This document shows positions 11,401 through 21,451 of a stretch of 31,039 nt of DNA, one piece after another (within the stretch, counting starts at the first letter, position 1; each line of letters begins with the position of its first letter). This DNA is from Ginkgo biloba (taxonomy: Eukaryota; Plantae; Ginkgophyta): positions 18,223,247 through 18,254,285 of the forward strand of contig JANKJI020000002.1 of the NCBI GenBank assembly GCA_024626585.2, in the 5' to 3' direction. A model generated the notes under the pieces. That model was not told where the DNA came from, ran no database searches, and worked only from the letters and a program-made list of their open reading frames with translations. The translations under genes were made by a program, and so were the position numbers.

Positions 11401-14249
11401 GATAAAATAAATTTGACTGATTATTCTTTCTTCCCATATTTAATGGTTGGCTTAAACTCTTCTCAAGTCTCTAAAATTAATTTGAAATGGCCTCTTAACA
11501 TGATTAATTATTTTTTTTAGAAGCTTGTACTAATTGCTTGGACTATGTATTATTAACTAGAATAACTGATTTAGGAATATGAACTTATTGAGTGATAANN
11601 NNNNNNNNNNNNNNNNNNNNNNNNNNNNNNNNNNNNNNNNNNNNNNNNNNNNNNNNNNNNNNNNNNNNNNNNNNNNNNNNNNNNNNNNNNNNNNNNNNTC
11701 AAGTTATTTCCATGTCATCCAATCAAGATAATTAAGCTACCTAGTTATTTTCATCAGTGAGTAACTCATTCAAGGTAATCTATATGACAAGGATAATTGG
11801 ATACCTAGAATGTGATCTTGAGTACCTCAAACAAGATATCTCTCCACTAATTCAAAAATCAATGGAGATCTCCATCAAGGTATCATTATTATTTGTTCAT
11901 AATTCTCTTACAACTAGATTGAGGTCATACACTCAATTGTGTTTTGCTTAGAAATTTTCCAAGGTTGGTGTATATCTTCATCATGTTATCATTTTGTCTC
12001 AATCAAGATCAAGTTAATATTTTGAATGTATCTCGATTGTGGTATTTTAATGAACTTGATATAGGTTTGTAAGGACCTAGATGGATTTTTTATAGTACCT
12101 CGATCGAAGTTGTCTGAAAATTTTGCATATATATAAGATTTTTCAAAATAATTATCAAGTGATCTTGTGACCACCCATGAGTAAGTTTTCAAGTTCATAG
12201 GTTTGATAGAATTATGAATAAAGTTTAATTAATGGGATAATTTATCCATCCATATTTTGATGTTCAATAATTTAAGAGGTGAATATCCAAGAGTGTGAAT
12301 AAGATCCTGAAACAACATAAGCCTGAATCCCAAAATATAAGATATTAATTCATGTATCTTCACCTGAACACAAAAGAAAATTTAAATGGAATTAATAGAA
12401 GTGAGTGTTTATGTGAAGTTTGGGTGTCTGAGGTGAACTCACCCAAAGCCTTACTCAAAAGAAATCCCAAAGTGCCGAAAACCTAAGAGAAGATTATTTT
12501 CTAATGAATAAAGTTTGGTCATTTGGGAGTTTGGGAAAATTGAGTAGGATATGGGTTAAGTAGTGTGCCCTCACCCTAGAGGACTTAAACCAATAAATAA
12601 AGGGAATTTGAATGGGGCTTCATATCCAAAATTTACCAAAGTGATTAAATTTTAGATTTTAGGAATTGGTCAAAGATGTGAACCTCCTTACCATGAAGCA
12701 CATACTCGAATGGAGAAATNNNNNNNNNNNNNNNNNNNNNNNNNNNNNNNNNNNNNNNNNNNNNNNNNNNNNNNNNNNNNNNNNNNNNNNNNNNNNNNNN
12801 NNNNNNNNNNNNNNNNNNNTTTTTTATTGTTTGTCATTTGTATTTTTTTCATCGCATCCCATTATTGTTCATCAAATAGTATGAGGCCATTCAATGAATG
12901 GTACTGAGTCACTTTTCAAATGGTATGAGGCCATTTGAAGAATGATATAAGGTGACTTAGTAAATAGTACAAAATTTTGTCACTCATTCATCGACCTTCC
13001 TATGACTGTTTGCCAAATTATTTTTAATAGTTCACCATAACTTTTTGGGATCTTTCTATGGGTATACTTCACATGATCAAAGGCTACTTCATTTAAAACT
13101 TCTTATTTTTTTTTATCAATCTTCCAAAAATGATTTATTGACTTCTTCAAAATGGTTGAGTTGACTGTGGCTACCCAAAATCGTAATGATGCCCCTGCAT
13201 GAAAATGGACAAAAAATCCCCAAAAGTGCCTTATAGTGACATGTATCACCATGAGGTAACATATCACCAATAGGGAAATCAATGACTCACTTAGAAGAGA
13301 AAATATATTTTTTTCACTCATCCTTTCATATATCGTGAGGTCAAGTGATGGTTCTCGCATTTAAGACACCATGTTGTTGCCATTTGCATTAGGTATAAGT
13401 GTTAGTTGGAGTTTTCCTTTCACATTTATAAATAATATTTAAATGTATCCCTAAGGGGTATTTGTGGTAAATGAATAAATTCACCATGAATTCAAATGTT
13501 GACAAGAAGGAAGAGCCACTACAAACTTTTCAAAGGAGGAGGGTTCATTAGAGCCAAAGGAGGAAGTTAATTGAAGAAAAGATAATGGTTTCAATTTGAA
13601 GAGGTGAGTCATCAATAGGCAATTATAGGAGATTATATTGTCATCTTATTTTTAGTTATATGAAACCATCACCAACCATTTATCAACAAAACCAACAATT
13701 GTTCTTTGAGATTTTGAGCTTTGGTGGTTCAGAGGTGGCTTTATTAGGGTAACATGAAACTTTTAACAAGATGAAGAAACTATGCATCAAGCATGTATTC
13801 ATGCAATGGGAGGTTGTCAAACATGCTATTTGGAGTACANNNNNNNNNNNNNNNNNNNNNNNNNNNNNNNNNNNNNNNNNNNNNNNNNNNNNNNNNNNNN
13901 NNNNNNNNNNNNNNNNNNNNNNNNNNNNNNNNNNNNNNNATCTATATATTACTTCTATGGAATGACATTAATATTCTTGGGGATTAAGGTTTGTTATGGA
14001 GGTGCATAAATAAATTAGTATAGATAGATACACCCTGTTGACAAAGACCATCATTTTTAGGTTTTTAGATGCCATTTTTGTTTTCCTTTTAAATAATGTT
14101 TAGATTTTCAAGGGATAAATTATTGAATTTTAAATAACTTTATATCAACTTCTAATCTTTATATTATATCCGACTTTGATGATCTGATTTAGAGTACTTT
14201 TGGTCATTGTGAGAATAGTTCAAATGTGACTTTTCTTCTATTGAGCATT

Positions 14250-15300
14250 ATAGTACCTAATAACTTTAGTAAGTTTAACCTTTGTTATGTCTTTCACTAT
14301 ACCAATGTTGTTATGAAAAGAAACATACATAAGAGGTGAAATTATAACTTATGACTTGGTAGTATGGGTTGCTACTCTTTGATAATTGTAGAATTCATCT
14401 AGTACATATATCCTCTTGTTACACAATTTTAGCCTAGCTTATAAGGGTTGGATCTTATAGGAAAACATTACTTTCTATAACCACATATTTATCTCCTCTA
14501 ATGATATATACTTATATGCTATTTTAGGGCCAATTTATTGTACGTAGCACTAATTTTACCAAGGAGATAAAATATGATTGTTGTCTAAGAGCTTTATCAC
14601 AATACATCTAACTGGTTCTTATTCACCAGCCTAAGACAATTATTTATTGTGTAAGGGATGAAACCTCACCACTCATAAAGCATGATATATTTATTTTATG
14701 CTTCACTCAATAGAACTGGATATAGTAAGAATACCTTATTTAAGCCTACAAATGTCTTAAAAAAATGTTGGGTGTATATATCCATAAAGAAATAACTCTT
14801 ATTGTAGTGTTAAAATTTTAATTTTCTCTTCTTTATCACTCATAAAGTTCCACATTCCCTTTCTCATGATTCATAGATCCTTATGTTTGTTTAACTATAG
14901 TATTTTGAATATGATAATTTTGACCTTTGACTGGTGCTGAGTAGCCATTCTTTATCAAGTTATGGGATGAATCTATTCAAGGTTGTCTAGGCTTTCCTTC
15001 ACCATTATTCAGGCAATGGAATATTAACAATCATATAATGTAATGTTTAAATGATGGATCCATATCTATAGAATTTTATTTCTCTTAGTATCTCCTTCAT
15101 GCATATTTTGTTCACTAGTCCAATCATCACCATATAAAAACTTTCACTATAATAAAAAAAATTTAAACACTAGTAGAAGATTCATAATAACTGGATAAAT
15201 ATAGAAATTTTCTTAGTATGTTCACCAATAATGTTATGGTAAAGTATTACACCTTAATCCCTAATAAGAATAATTCCATTGTATAACATAGAAAAGAACA
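14250..15300 (-). mobile_element. Highly degenerate Gypsy RT-connector/RNase H relic
   Basis: Scattered motif remnants IDMDPS, LNRFIP and RIYVLDEF..TKS*VI occur in the expected order amid many stops. Confidence 0.4.
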
Positions 15301-15888
15301 TAATATGAGGGTTCTTTATGCACAAAGAGTCCTTAATGTGAATACATACATAAATAAATTAACAGAAACATGCCATAGCATAAGGCAATAGATAACATAA
15401 GAGATGAGATGGAATGTGGTGATAAATATTATGAAGAAAGATAATACCATGTATGATATAAGTATACTCTCTCTTCATGGTAATCCATGACTCTCAAGAT
15501 GATCTTCAAGATGGATGGAAAATCCTCCCAATAGGGGGAGAAGGGATGAAGCACGATATGATATGNNNNNNNNNNNNNNNNNNNNNNNNNNNNNNNNNNN
15601 NNNNNNNNNNNNNNNNNNNNNNNNNNNNNNNNNNNNNNNNNNNNNNNNNNNNNNNNNNNNNNNNNAAAAACTCAACTTCCTATATACTTCATGTTGTTGT
15701 GCTATCTTGGTTGTGTTTTTTGTTCCTTGAAGGACTTATATTTAATGTCTATAATCCTAGACTATACTTTATTTAATATGGCTAGCTCTCCATATTAGAT
15801 TGTGTAAAGGAAAACATCTATATACTAGCCATTTGGATGAATCAATGTAAAATATTTTTTATAAATATTTATACGAATCATATTTCAA

Positions 15889-15904
15889 CACACACACACA
15901 CACA
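15889..15904. repeat. (CA)8 microsatellite
   Basis: Read directly from the sequence. Confidence 0.9.
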
Positions 15905-16624
15905 TCACAGACTCCAAAGTAAGAGATGGATCGATTTCCTTTCTCCCAAAAATACATAATTTATTTTAGGCATAACTAGTCCTTACCCATGGCAATTACT
16001 TGCCACGGGTCAAACCTCAACTTTATGCAAGATTGCAAGTTATCTACCGTGAATTTGCCAACGAAGACACAGTATATAAAGTAAAAAGAAGCAAAGACTT
16101 CATACTAATGTTCTTACTACTAGGTGAAGTTGGCCTTTTGTAAGTCGTGTGGTTGGAAAGTAGTCTCACAAACTGATGTAGAGTTAAAAAAAATTAATCA
16201 ATGATTCATAAATCATACTGTAAAAAAAAAATAGAGGGAATTGTAGTAACAAGAGCTCTTCATGCAAATAGAAACAAAGGTTCCTACTACATTGTACAAA
16301 CTTTGACCATGGTGTTAGACCTTATGTGATCTGGTAAATAGTGTGATATTACTCCCAAATCAACCCGAATTCTTCAATCATAATTTATTGCAATGTTTTT
16401 AAGAGGAGTGCATAGACAAAAAAGGACCTCTAGTAAGATTTACTACACATGAATTTTTAGTTTCACATTAGACAACAAAAAGAATCCAACCATGCATCTT
16501 CAAGGTCACCTACAGAAGATGAGGCTTCGAGTGACTTCTTGATCCAATTACGCACTCCTTCTCGGACATTTGCAACATTTTTGTTGACTTCAACTTTCTT
16601 CCCCTATACATGGAATTTCAACCA

Positions 16625-17000
16625 AAATAATATGGTTATGAAATTTCCAAATTCCAAGTCTTAGAAAGCTAAGAAGTACTATGGAATGCTAGATAATAGC
16701 AAGGGGTAGGTGCAAACATTATTAGTAAGGGACAAAATCCATANNNNNNNNNNNNNNNNNNNNNNNNNTAGCTATCCAAATCTCATGTATCAAACCTAAC
16801 AAAATTTCAAATGGAAGCTATACTTACCACTTTGAATTGACAAGCATTGGGGACATAACCCTCCTACTCCTTTAATATTTTCCTCCAAAGTAGGATCGTC
16901 AAATTGAGGGGATTCTTCAATAGGGTTGTTATTTTTCATAGAGAACTTAACTTCTTGCACATTAAGGATTGAATCCCGCCATGAAGTAGACACATGGATT
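16625..17000 (-). mobile_element. L1-type LINE ORF2 C-terminal (zf-RVT) relic
   Basis: PTLEENIKGVGGLCPQCLS...FHLKFC (cf. LPT.ENL..RG...C..C...HL.F.C), followed by GIWKFHNHII (cf. W.IWK.RN..IF). Confidence 0.5.
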
Positions 17001-17353
17001 TCACTATAAAACCAACAGGCTCAGAACCATCATCCTAAAATTTCTCGACCCCTTCCTTCTTAGGCATTTTCAATTGGAGTTTAATAGACTCAACAAAGTG
17101 AGGATGAGTTTCAAAGATGACCTAGAGAAAGCCCAATGCAGATTGATGTTCTTTCACTTATCACCCCCTTCAATGCCTCAAACTTTATGTGTAGATTATT
17201 CCGTAGGAGGTGGTGCAAATGAAATCAAATCACACCCAATGCAAATTGCATAAAATCTATCAAATTGCTACACATATACAAAAAAAAAAATTAACAATGA
17301 CATATCATTTTAATGTTTGTGCTCAAACGATGTCATACCATCCTCTAACGGGC

Positions 17354-17483
17354 CATAGTCATCAACTTCAATCCATCTGCTTGTATATTTTTTTAATAAT
17401 TTTAGTGGTATTAATAATTTGAGTCATGCCGATAACATTGGCACGACATGCATAGACATCGACTTCAATCCGTCCGCTTGCAT
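17354..17483. repeat. 33-bp imperfect direct repeat downstream of the Csl stop codon
   Basis: 17354-17386 versus 17451-17483, 28/33 identical. Confidence 0.85.
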
Positions 17484-17557
17484 TTTTTATTCACCAACAA
17501 ACCCGAATAAGTTGAGTCCTGTCAATAACACTTGCATTAATATTTATTCCATACGGC

Positions 17558-18112
17558 TTACAAACACAAGAGGAAAATACACACACACAAAAGAAACGAC
17601 TTAAGAACCACAACTCGGGGAAGTCCTCCCTTCTTCTCAGTTTTCACCAATCCTTTTACAAACGGAAGTAAACTGAGCAAACTCCAACAACACCACACCA
17701 CTTCCCCAACCATGAGACGATGCTCATCATGTTTCCACTCTGCACTCTTCCAGATTCCAAGAGTTCTACCAATTCCGGCAATCAAACCCACTATATTCAT
17801 CGTCACCACCACAGTCGGTCCTATGAACATGGCAGACGAATCGAACGCTAATCCTTCAACTGCGTCATCTAGGCCGGATGCTCTCTGTGTCTTTGTCGTC
17901 ACACAAAATGCATTCTCTCCTCCAACGCCCATTGCCTTGGAAGCTACGCCCAAGCACGCTCCCAGGTTGGATGTCAGTTGCAAAATCCAAAACATGCGGG
18001 AGTTATTCCACCATTCTCTCAGCCCAATCCCGATGGCTGCGTGCACAACACAGTCCAATCCCTCTGTTGATAGGAACACCATTACCATTCCAATTGCTGC
18101 TGCATCTCTCAC
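17558..18112 (-). CDS. Csl exon 8 (C-terminal TM helices, FxVTxK motif, stop)
   Basis: GAGCAG|GTG acceptor; [14 protein letters not shown]; TAA stop at 17558-17560. Confidence 0.9.
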   Translation of the reverse strand: MRDAAAIGMVMVFLSTEGLDCVVHAAIGIGLREWWNNSRMFWILQLTSNLGACLGVASKAMGVGGENAFCVTTKTQRASGLDDAVEGLAFDSSAMFIGPTVVVTMNIVGLIAGIGRTLGIWKSAEWKHDEHRLMVGEVVWCCWSLLSLLPFVKGLVKTEKKGGLPRVVVLKSFLLCVCIFLLCL

Positions 18113-20656
18113 CTGCTCCATAATGTTTTTCCAGCATTAATTGCCAACACCCATAGAATTTAACCCAACACTGTTAATTCATTTTCACTAAATTAATCAC
18201 ATATAAGCGAAAAGAAACTACCTGAGGAAATATGTTGTTGCCAGTCACCAATCCCATGGAGGGCAGAATCGCATAGAGAAAGGCTGGTACAGAGACAAAG
18301 CCGTAACCACAGAAGACCAAATAAGACAACCTCTGGCGGAATTTCATGAGGCCTTTGGCGTCGTGTAACACCGGCCCACTTTTGCTGATAAATATTTCTA
18401 ACATGCCCGTTGTCCACCGTTTCCATTGATGAAACATCTCCGGCGAAGATGTTACCGACGACCCTACAAAAGCTGGTTTAAAAGGGCTGTAGTACACTGA
18501 TCTCCATCCCCTGAAATGCAACTTCAACCCCGTCATCACATCTTCGGTCAAAGAGCCGTATATCCACCCCACCTGCAAATAACATTCGAAATTGAAAATA
18601 AATTGTTAGACAATCCAGTTTTGCTTCGAATTATTAAAAGAAATGGATACTTCTCATAGAAATTTCAGAAAATCACCTCTTTACCCCACTTAGTCTGGAG
18701 TTCATAGTTGCAGCTGATGAGGCCAAGTGCCTCTTTGTATAATATGTCTCTTCCAGAATCTGGAAGCGATGTATGAAATGCTGAAGAGAAAACTAATTTG
18801 TTTGGGATTTCCTGAAATGGATTCAAAGACCGGTGCGTGTCTCCCCTGGTGCCATAAAGAGCTTCTCTCCTCATCTTGCAGCCCGTACCATTACAGAAGG
18901 GTCCTTGAATTCCATCCAAGCCTTTGAAAAACACCTACACACGAAGCATTAGTGCAGTTATTTAGTGCGAAACAAGTGGGTGTTCAGAAACAAAGTAGTA
19001 AGATATAATTCCTACATCGTAAAGGACACTCAGCCGGTTGGTCTCGGCGTTGTTGGAGAAGCGCTGTGGAAACTGAACAAAAGAGACTCGATGCTTCGTG
19101 CTGGAAAGAGCTTCGTCCAGATGAAAGCAGATGCCTTGCAGAAGAGCTTGAGAGTTGTTGACATACATATCGCAGTCAAGGTTTAGGACAAAGGGACTGT
19201 TTGTCATCAATCCTGAAACTCGTAGCTGTAATTTCCAAACAACAACGTCAACGTGATTCGAAAACTCAGCTTCAAAGTTCAAACTACGTATACACGCAAC
19301 CAAATAAATTATTTCAATATGAATTAATAATAGAGGTCTCGGAGGCTCACCAACGCGTTAAGAGCTCCAGCCTTAAAGTGATGTTTGAAACCAGGCCTCT
19401 TCTCCCGAGACACGTAGATTAAACGAGGCACTTGCCTTCCACCCTCACTGCTCTCTCCCAAAACCTGGAAAACATATTGCGGTAAATTCAAAGGGATTTC
19501 ATTCTCTTTTATCTGTAGAAATAAATATATGAAATGAAGAATGAATGATGTGAATACCTTAATCACTCCAGGATGATTCGTTACACTAATTTCTTCAGAC
19601 TCGGAGAACTCACTGAAAAGACTTTCAACTTGAGGTGGTACTTTTCCAGATTCAAAAGCCGTTTGTATATTCAGCACCAGCTCCATGTATGCCATCTGCA
19701 TCATCCTACAGTGAGAGCCAGAGACATACATATCTACAGCTATGAAGGAATATAAGGAATTGAAACTATTTAACAGACATGAAATCATTTAATGTTGATA
19801 TACTTTGATCTCCTCGTACTCCTTGACAAAATTAGAGTCACTTCTGGAGTCCGTCGAGGGATGAGAGAAGTAGAGATCAGGTGCTCGGAGCTGGACGTCA
19901 AATCTGGTGCAGAAGGGCACCCATTTCTTTGCAAATTCACTTGCCAAAAGGAGGGCAAAGAAGGNNNNNNNNNNNNNNNNNNNNNNNNNNNNNNNNNNNN
20001 NNNNNNNNNNNNNNNNNNNNNNNNNNNNNNNNNNNNNNNNNNNNNNNNNNNNNNNNNNNNNNNNGAAGGGCACCCATTTCTTTGCAAATTCACTTGCCAA
20101 AAGGAGAGCAAAGAAGGTGAAGGGAGACGCCCCATCGTCTGAAACATAACATGCCACTTTATGAGGAGGGTAATCCACAGCCAGGACGGAGAGGACTGTA
20201 TTCACCATCATCACTGGCGGTTCCTTCCAGTGATCAGCAGTCGTCACAAACACATCAATCGGTGGCAGCTCTTTCCCCTCCTCTTTATACCTGCAGTGCT
20301 TCATTAAACCGATCTTTAATCATTAAATACTTTTCCATTTGGTGACCAAAAACCAAAAAAAGAAAAGAGTGAAATAAACTATACTTGAGCGCAAGTCTCT
20401 CGGGAAAAACTCTTCTGTCGATCTGAGACCAAGCAACGACCGAGCCCACTAACAAGCAAACGAGAGCGAAGATGAATTCGCAAACCATTGCAGTCACCCA
20501 TAGCCACGAGCTCTGATTTTTCGCCGCATAAAACTCAAAAAGCCTACAGACCAAAAAATACAAGAGAATGAGCAGACGAAGAGCAGTAAGACATCTGAAT
20601 TGGGTGAGATGGTCGATCGGCCTTGAGCTTTGCAGTTGAAAACGCTCATCGCCCAT
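17558..20656 (-). CDS. Cellulose synthase-like glycosyltransferase (GT2), CslB/CslH-like; spliced 8-exon gene, about 743 aa
   Basis: Exons joined by hand: 20385-20656, 19804-20290 (334 nt after removing the gap artefact), 19558-19695, 19351-19464, 19016-19225, 18677-18934, 18222-18572, 17558-18112. Total 2232 nt, in frame, with 7 GT-AG introns of 81-125 nt. Motifs: [63 protein letters not shown]. There is no N-terminal RING zinc finger, so it is not a Ces[10 protein letters not shown], WWNNxRM, FDSS.MF and [14 protein letters not shown] resemble CslB/H; the subfamily call is from memory and needs a phylogeny. Confidence 0.93.
18222..18572 (-). CDS. Csl exon 7 (TED and QxxRW motifs)
   Basis: TTGCAG|GTG acceptor and CAG|GTAGTT donor; 351 nt; [14 protein letters not shown], with QWKRW at 18414-18428. 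Confidence 0.93.
18677..18934 (-). CDS. Csl exon 6
   Basis: GTGTAG|GTG acceptor and GAG|GTGATT donor; [19 protein letters not shown]...SCNYE..TKWGKE. Confidence 0.9.
19016..19225 (-). CDS. Csl exon 5 (DxD motif)
   Basis: TACAG|CTA acceptor and GAT|GTAGGA donor; [21 protein letters not shown]...QFPQRF. Confidence 0.92.
19351..19464 (-). CDS. Csl exon 4
   Basis: TTCCAG|GTT acceptor and TTG|GTGAGC donor; [26 protein letters not shown]. Confidence 0.92.
19558..19695 (-). CDS. Csl exon 3
   Basis: TGCAG|ATGGCA acceptor and AAG|GTATTC donor; 138 nt, ends NHPGVIK. Confidence 0.85.
19804..20290 (-). CDS. Csl exon 2 (contains the DDG motif; interrupted by N gap 19965-20064)
   Basis: Acceptor CTGCAG|G at 20291/20290 and donor AAA|GTATAT at 19803. 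Reads [13 protein letters not shown]...[10 protein letters not shown]...WVPFC. Confidence 0.92.
19912..20117. other. Assembly artefact: 53-bp overlap duplicated on both sides of a 100-N gap
   Basis: 19912-19964 equals 20065-20117 except for G/A at 19954/20107. Confidence 0.9.
20385..20656 (-). CDS. Csl exon 1 (MGDERF...FPERLALK; two N-terminal TM helices)
   Basis: ATG at 20656 and donor AA|GTATAG at 20384; 272 nt, phase 2. A further in-frame ATG lies at 20710. Confidence 0.85.
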
Positions 20657-21451
20657 GATTTCTTCTCGCTCTGTAAATTTCCGATTGATCGTGTTGTGAA
20701 TTGTGGGCATGCATTCATTCCATGATTTAATGTTCACACAGCGTTAAGTTTACCTCCCTCAACCAGTTCAAATTACCTCCGGTCTACTCTGTAATTTTGT
20801 AGGCGGCTGCCTCTTTGTTTACCACATACCCAATAGACAGCTCGCTCTGTTGGGACGTGATAATGATCCTTTTGGACACTCTACGCTGATAAATTGGTAA
20901 CTCCCTAATGCAGATTGGACTTATCTTCGATTGAACTGCCCGACTATAAAAAACAAATCAATCTCTTTACTATAAAATCAAAACTTATTGTGCCGGCACT
21001 TGAATTAAAATGTGTGTGGCACGAGAATGCACGCAAAAAATTGATGGCTGCATTCATTTAGTCACATTCGAACAACAGACAGCTAGGAGGCATATCTATT
21101 TCTTCTATATTTCTTAACACTCTTCCCACTACGACGTGTAACCTATATAACTCAAAGGCCTCACAAAAGGCAATTAAAAAAATGCCACCGTGTCCACAGC
21201 AATATCAAGACGCAGGAACGACGTGCAATCCTCCAACCAAACGGTTCCTTAACATACAAAAAATAAATAATATTATAATATTAGCGGGACTTTAATATAT
21301 TAATCGTTAACATGTTTCATACGGATCTCGAGGTGTGCACTTCGGCATTTTTATAATTGCAAATTCCTTACAGGTTGCTCCCGAGATTGATTTGCTTTTC
21401 GTTTGTGGCCATAATAAAGGCCATGAAAAATAAATGGAATCTAAGACACAT
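20657..21451 (-). promoter_or_regulatory. CpG-retaining 5' UTR and promoter region of the Csl gene, with three GACGTG (ACGT-core) sites
   Basis: Directly upstream of the ATG and CpG-rich relative to the flanks. GACGTG (+ strand) at 20854, 21133 and 21220. The TSS cannot be determined. Confidence 0.5.

Noticed and set aside
17712-18140. 142-aa + strand ORF, and other + strand ORFs at 17878, 18727, 18965, 19573 and 20151
   Set aside because: These are antisense shadows of GC-richer Csl exons with no independent motifs.
19785-20149. Apparent internal peptide duplication [17 protein letters not shown] in the Csl protein
   Set aside because: It is explained by an unmerged contig overlap around a 100-N gap.
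17558-20656. True CesA or CslD/F assignment
   Set aside because: The protein is too short (about 743 aa), lacks the N-terminal RING zinc finger and long variable regions, and has QWKRW rather than QVLRW.
20657-20737. N-terminal extension from the GTG at 20737 or ATG at 20710
   Set aside because: The ATG at 20656 gives the family-typical N-terminal length. The upstream ATG cannot be excluded without transcript data.
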